A stretch of 61,438 bases of DNA, the filler included. It is 9 parts of 9 records of this genome, joined end to end, with 100 filler letters (N's around TTAATTAATTAA, not from the genome) between each part and the next. Parts side by side here need not be neighbours in the genome. Positions count along the whole stretch, not along the records: positions 54,453 to 61,438 come from SRR15195285_120; 8 more parts are not named here. One strand, 5' to 3'. The translations under genes were made by a program, and so were the position numbers. Each line of letters opens with the position of its first letter. Within the stretch, counting starts at the first letter, position 1. The notes below the pieces were generated by a model that saw nothing but the letters and a program-made list of their open reading frames with translations, was not told the DNA's origin and did no database searches. Below are positions 59,801-61,438 of the stretch, one piece after another.

Positions 59801-60280
59801 AATCGTCGCTGGCGCAACGATTGCGGTGTGACCGGCGAGGACTGCTCCCTTTGCATGGTCTCCGGCATCGCCTCGGCGTACTGGACCCGCTGGATGATGG
59901 TCTCCGAGTCACCAGACATCAGTGTCGTCTTCGTTGCCCGTGGGGCACCGCGCCGCTGGTACGCGCAGACAGCTGAGAGCTTTGGGATCGCCAAGGCGCC
60001 CACGCGCTTTGGCATGGTCACATTTACCATACAGGCTAACAACAACGGGTCCGTGCACGGGTCAGTCCAGCTGGTGGCACGGCGAGGCGTGGCCGACAGC
60101 AGCGTGCCAGTACCACTGGTGGCAGTAAAAATTCGCGCTGCAGACACCAGCAAGCCGTTGCTTGGGACGGTGACGTTGCAGGGAGCGGCGGGCGCAGAGC
60201 TCGTGGCGTGGCATGCCGGCAATGAGACGGCAGTGGTTAAGCTTGGACCTTCGCTGGCGTTCAACTTCACGGCCAAGTGA
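56819..60280 (+). CDS. Secreted six-hairpin glycosidase-like protein with Cys-rich N-terminus, 1153 aa, intronless
   Basis: Signal peptide MLLSLSLSLL...; IPQYG, ALLEWGH...AQQYLGYFF, GMVWGSPEHD...YFFSPNVWFARGL, RGTYWGTEQ, RWMMV...ARGAPRRWY...APTRFGMVTF typical of (alpha/alpha)6 glycosidase-like proteins. Confidence 0.65.
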   Translation: MLLSLSLSLLSLSLLLLSGTVFSQHTTKPCGPNPGSQMVKRVDGSQYPYFGMPCTSVGHNTTDPACGDCFLDQTCVCTPQRCCAPRPGPPGYACLPNGTDLLGEVCVDKGVGPHKSLVELASLCDAARHAGAGGTSEGCQGFNNNGYLKKCVRSSCGAHPGIVPDHPLLVSCVSTETPVDQPVPKGTDPSCHHGGPSPPGPGHFVPPYGGGCAGTWNKSSCNCAGVRPPFGAPEHAVTIQDDYHFPKDEMTQRDSLPDLQLLSTSTASSAVLHNPLTKQSATLTVGGATKWGWELLHVEGSSVVLEHDFAEWSELRYLWTAAAAAGRSSLSVRKPVGQLAGISQPLYTMEATIDPQYHCKQDIDPTDWMGRLAANISGGEEATIVSANTLMAPNTDSGIFGNPEDRNKFYLTHRSVLQTTGDFAHPHSGSRTLWSLADSPQHLPPGCQSVKDWAQVKLGMVGDHLRALNQGMWQPSTSTAGSAGGCGVEIMAVSPPPIAGPNGNYTGNTTALLRVTSSQTGMLTNTTYLRAQISDDGAGPLQLDELTGNQGGAQFYAALLAQADRWGAFIERGAKASLPETDRRYVASSNALMTMYMNTDRGLIPQYGAGQFWNTYNIYLPLDTLALNGALLEWGHSTEAQQYLGYFFNNFVCMQEVCAQPYVHQYGKLNGIGNASYGGILYYSFGCDSDADYGRLIDMYVQAVRYSANLTWAKEMLPAVQALAQNVLIRRANATATHPVGHPFHGMVWGSPEHDICSAPSYFFSPNVWFARGLLSLGQLHAEYPELTINTTLEATLLPEANAWREDLRFAANFTAVRSSSGDGSVFFLHPVVGSAYSETNPPMSQPTPRDKLLPIEGGDEATCVARGTCFESMTAGVIGQAGGGSNQHTNYANFRIFSETLLANMLDPEYELGIMRFRESHRGTLLGMTRFRDGLDDMPILGYGRSSLAHDRLYSFHNTLAGHSMNYISRGTYWGTEQRLQLDYSVGNRTGIVNRRWRNDCGVTGEDCSLCMVSGIASAYWTRWMMVSESPDISVVFVARGAPRRWYAQTAESFGIAKAPTRFGMVTFTIQANNNGSVHGSVQLVARRGVADSSVPVPLVAVKIRAADTSKPLLGTVTLQGAAGAELVAWHAGNETAVVKLGPSLAFNFTAK

Positions 60281-60398
60281 GGTGAGGTGACTGAGGTGTG
60301 AAAGCGGAGCAGGTGAGAGTCAACCATATCGTATCCGACTGCAATTCGAATGAAGATCCGTATCAGTCTGTATAATTATCACTAATGTACGCGCGCCG

Positions 60399-61397
60399 TC
60401 AGATGCTGACATGCGGAGCCCGGCCGACCCAACCTGGTCGCGGGGAACCAGAGCTTGTGCGAGACCGAGAAACAGATCGATCGTGTCGATGCCGAGCGCT
60501 TGGACTGTGCTGCCACGATCTTCCACTTTTTCGTCTACGTTCACTGAACCCAACCAGGCCCCCATCGGTTGAGCTCCACGTCTCGTACTCAGACTCTCCG
60601 CTACCTGCCGAGAAGTACTTAGCTTCGAGAGCATGCATAAACTCCTTGTAGTCCAGCGTTTCGTCGCCGTCTTCGTCAATCACACGCATTAACTGTTGCA
60701 TTTCCCGTTCTGAGACCCTTATCCCGCGGTCGCTCAGACCGCGCTGAAACTCACGAGCTGTAAGGAGGCCATCCTTGTTGGTGTCCATCCTGTCAAACGC
60801 TCGCAGCAGGCTCTCACGCTGGACGTCGATGCTACGCCGCAGCTCCGAAGTGACAGACTGCGCGAGCTGCCGAGCGTGTTCGGTGCGTCGGAACGCTGCG
60901 ATGAACTCGAGGTAATCCACGCGGCCATCCCCGTTCCGATCGATCTCATACATGAGGTCGTCGAGTTGTGCCGCCGACAACTTTTTGCCTGTGAGCGACT
61001 GCAATCCGCGACGGAACTCCGAAGCGGTGAGATCGCCATTGTTGTCGCGATCCATGTGCTGAAACGCGTCAGACCAATCTTCATAATCGTTGCCCAACGC
61101 GAGCCGGACTTCGTCCGTCACCAGCTGCGCGGTGCGCCGCGCCGCCGAGCTCGTCCCGCGCGCCAGTCCGCTCGCATCGATTCGCTTGGGCGAAGACGGC
61201 GAACGGCTCGGGCTCCGCAGGCGACCTGGGATCTTCTCCCGCCGCAGCTTCTTCCGCCGCCCGGACTTGCGCTTCCGTCGCTTCTTCTCCTCGCGCGCCT
61301 CTCGCGTCTCCTTCTCACGCTGCATCTCGTATAGCCCATAGGCGCCGCACGTCACGAGCGAGCCGCAGAGCGCGAAGCCGAGCAGGAAGCCAGACAT
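60399..61397 (-). CDS. Membrane-anchored four-EF-hand calcium-binding protein, 332 aa
   Basis: N-terminal hydrophobic helix; loops DRDNNGDLTASE, DRNGDGRVDYLE, DTNKDGLLTARE, DEDGDETLDYKE. Confidence 0.85.
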   Translation of the reverse strand: MSGFLLGFALCGSLVTCGAYGLYEMQREKETREAREEKKRRKRKSGRRKKLRREKIPGRLRSPSRSPSSPKRIDASGLARGTSSAARRTAQLVTDEVRLALGNDYEDWSDAFQHMDRDNNGDLTASEFRRGLQSLTGKKLSAAQLDDLMYEIDRNGDGRVDYLEFIAAFRRTEHARQLAQSVTSELRRSIDVQRESLLRAFDRMDTNKDGLLTAREFQRGLSDRGIRVSEREMQQLMRVIDEDGDETLDYKEFMHALEAKYFSAGSGESEYETWSSTDGGLVGFSERRRKSGRSWQHSPSARHRHDRSVSRSRTSSGSPRPGWVGRAPHVSI

Positions 61398-61438
61398 CCA
61401 GCTACTATGCTCTGGCTCTGACTCTGGCTCTGGCTCTG

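Noticed and set aside
61410-61438. (CTCTGG)n and other terminal hexamer runs (35189-35214, 13715-13745) as telomeres
   Set aside because: Different units at each end; ordinary microsatellites that break assemblies, one encoding a QE repeat.

Overview
Not one locus: nine unlinked eukaryotic contigs (1-4504, 4605-13614, 13715-19731, 19832-23911, 24012-27430, 27531-35088, 35189-45772, 45873-54352, 54453-61438) joined by 100-nt artificial N/TTAATTAATTAA spacers. They come from a GC-rich, gene-dense protist with mostly short GT-AG introns; the sulfatase- and glycosidase-rich gene set suggests a marine heterotroph, but the taxon cannot be assigned from this window. Hand-spliced gene models: ubinuclein/HPC2-like protein with a C-terminal homeodomain, RPS26, DUF4838-like protein, ULK4/RUNKEL, a Munc13-like protein with unusual extra domains, a convergent galM/galK-like pair, an S1 sulfatase, several secreted glycosidase-like proteins, a 2OG-Fe(II) oxygenase, a metallophosphoesterase-DUF5054 fusion, an SLC17 transporter, an EF-hand protein and a ~3020-aa four-domain voltage-gated cation channel. 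Most notable: (1) the channel, with a fused 4-TM module, three C2 domains, a split PH domain, a tethered EF-hand pair and a D/E/D/Q pore; (2) four introns in contig 6 sharing a core motif in both orientations, with terminal inverted repeats and target-site-like duplications (introner-like); (3) intergenic DNA built from chains of overlapping palindromes. All domain calls are motif recognition by eye, not database searches.
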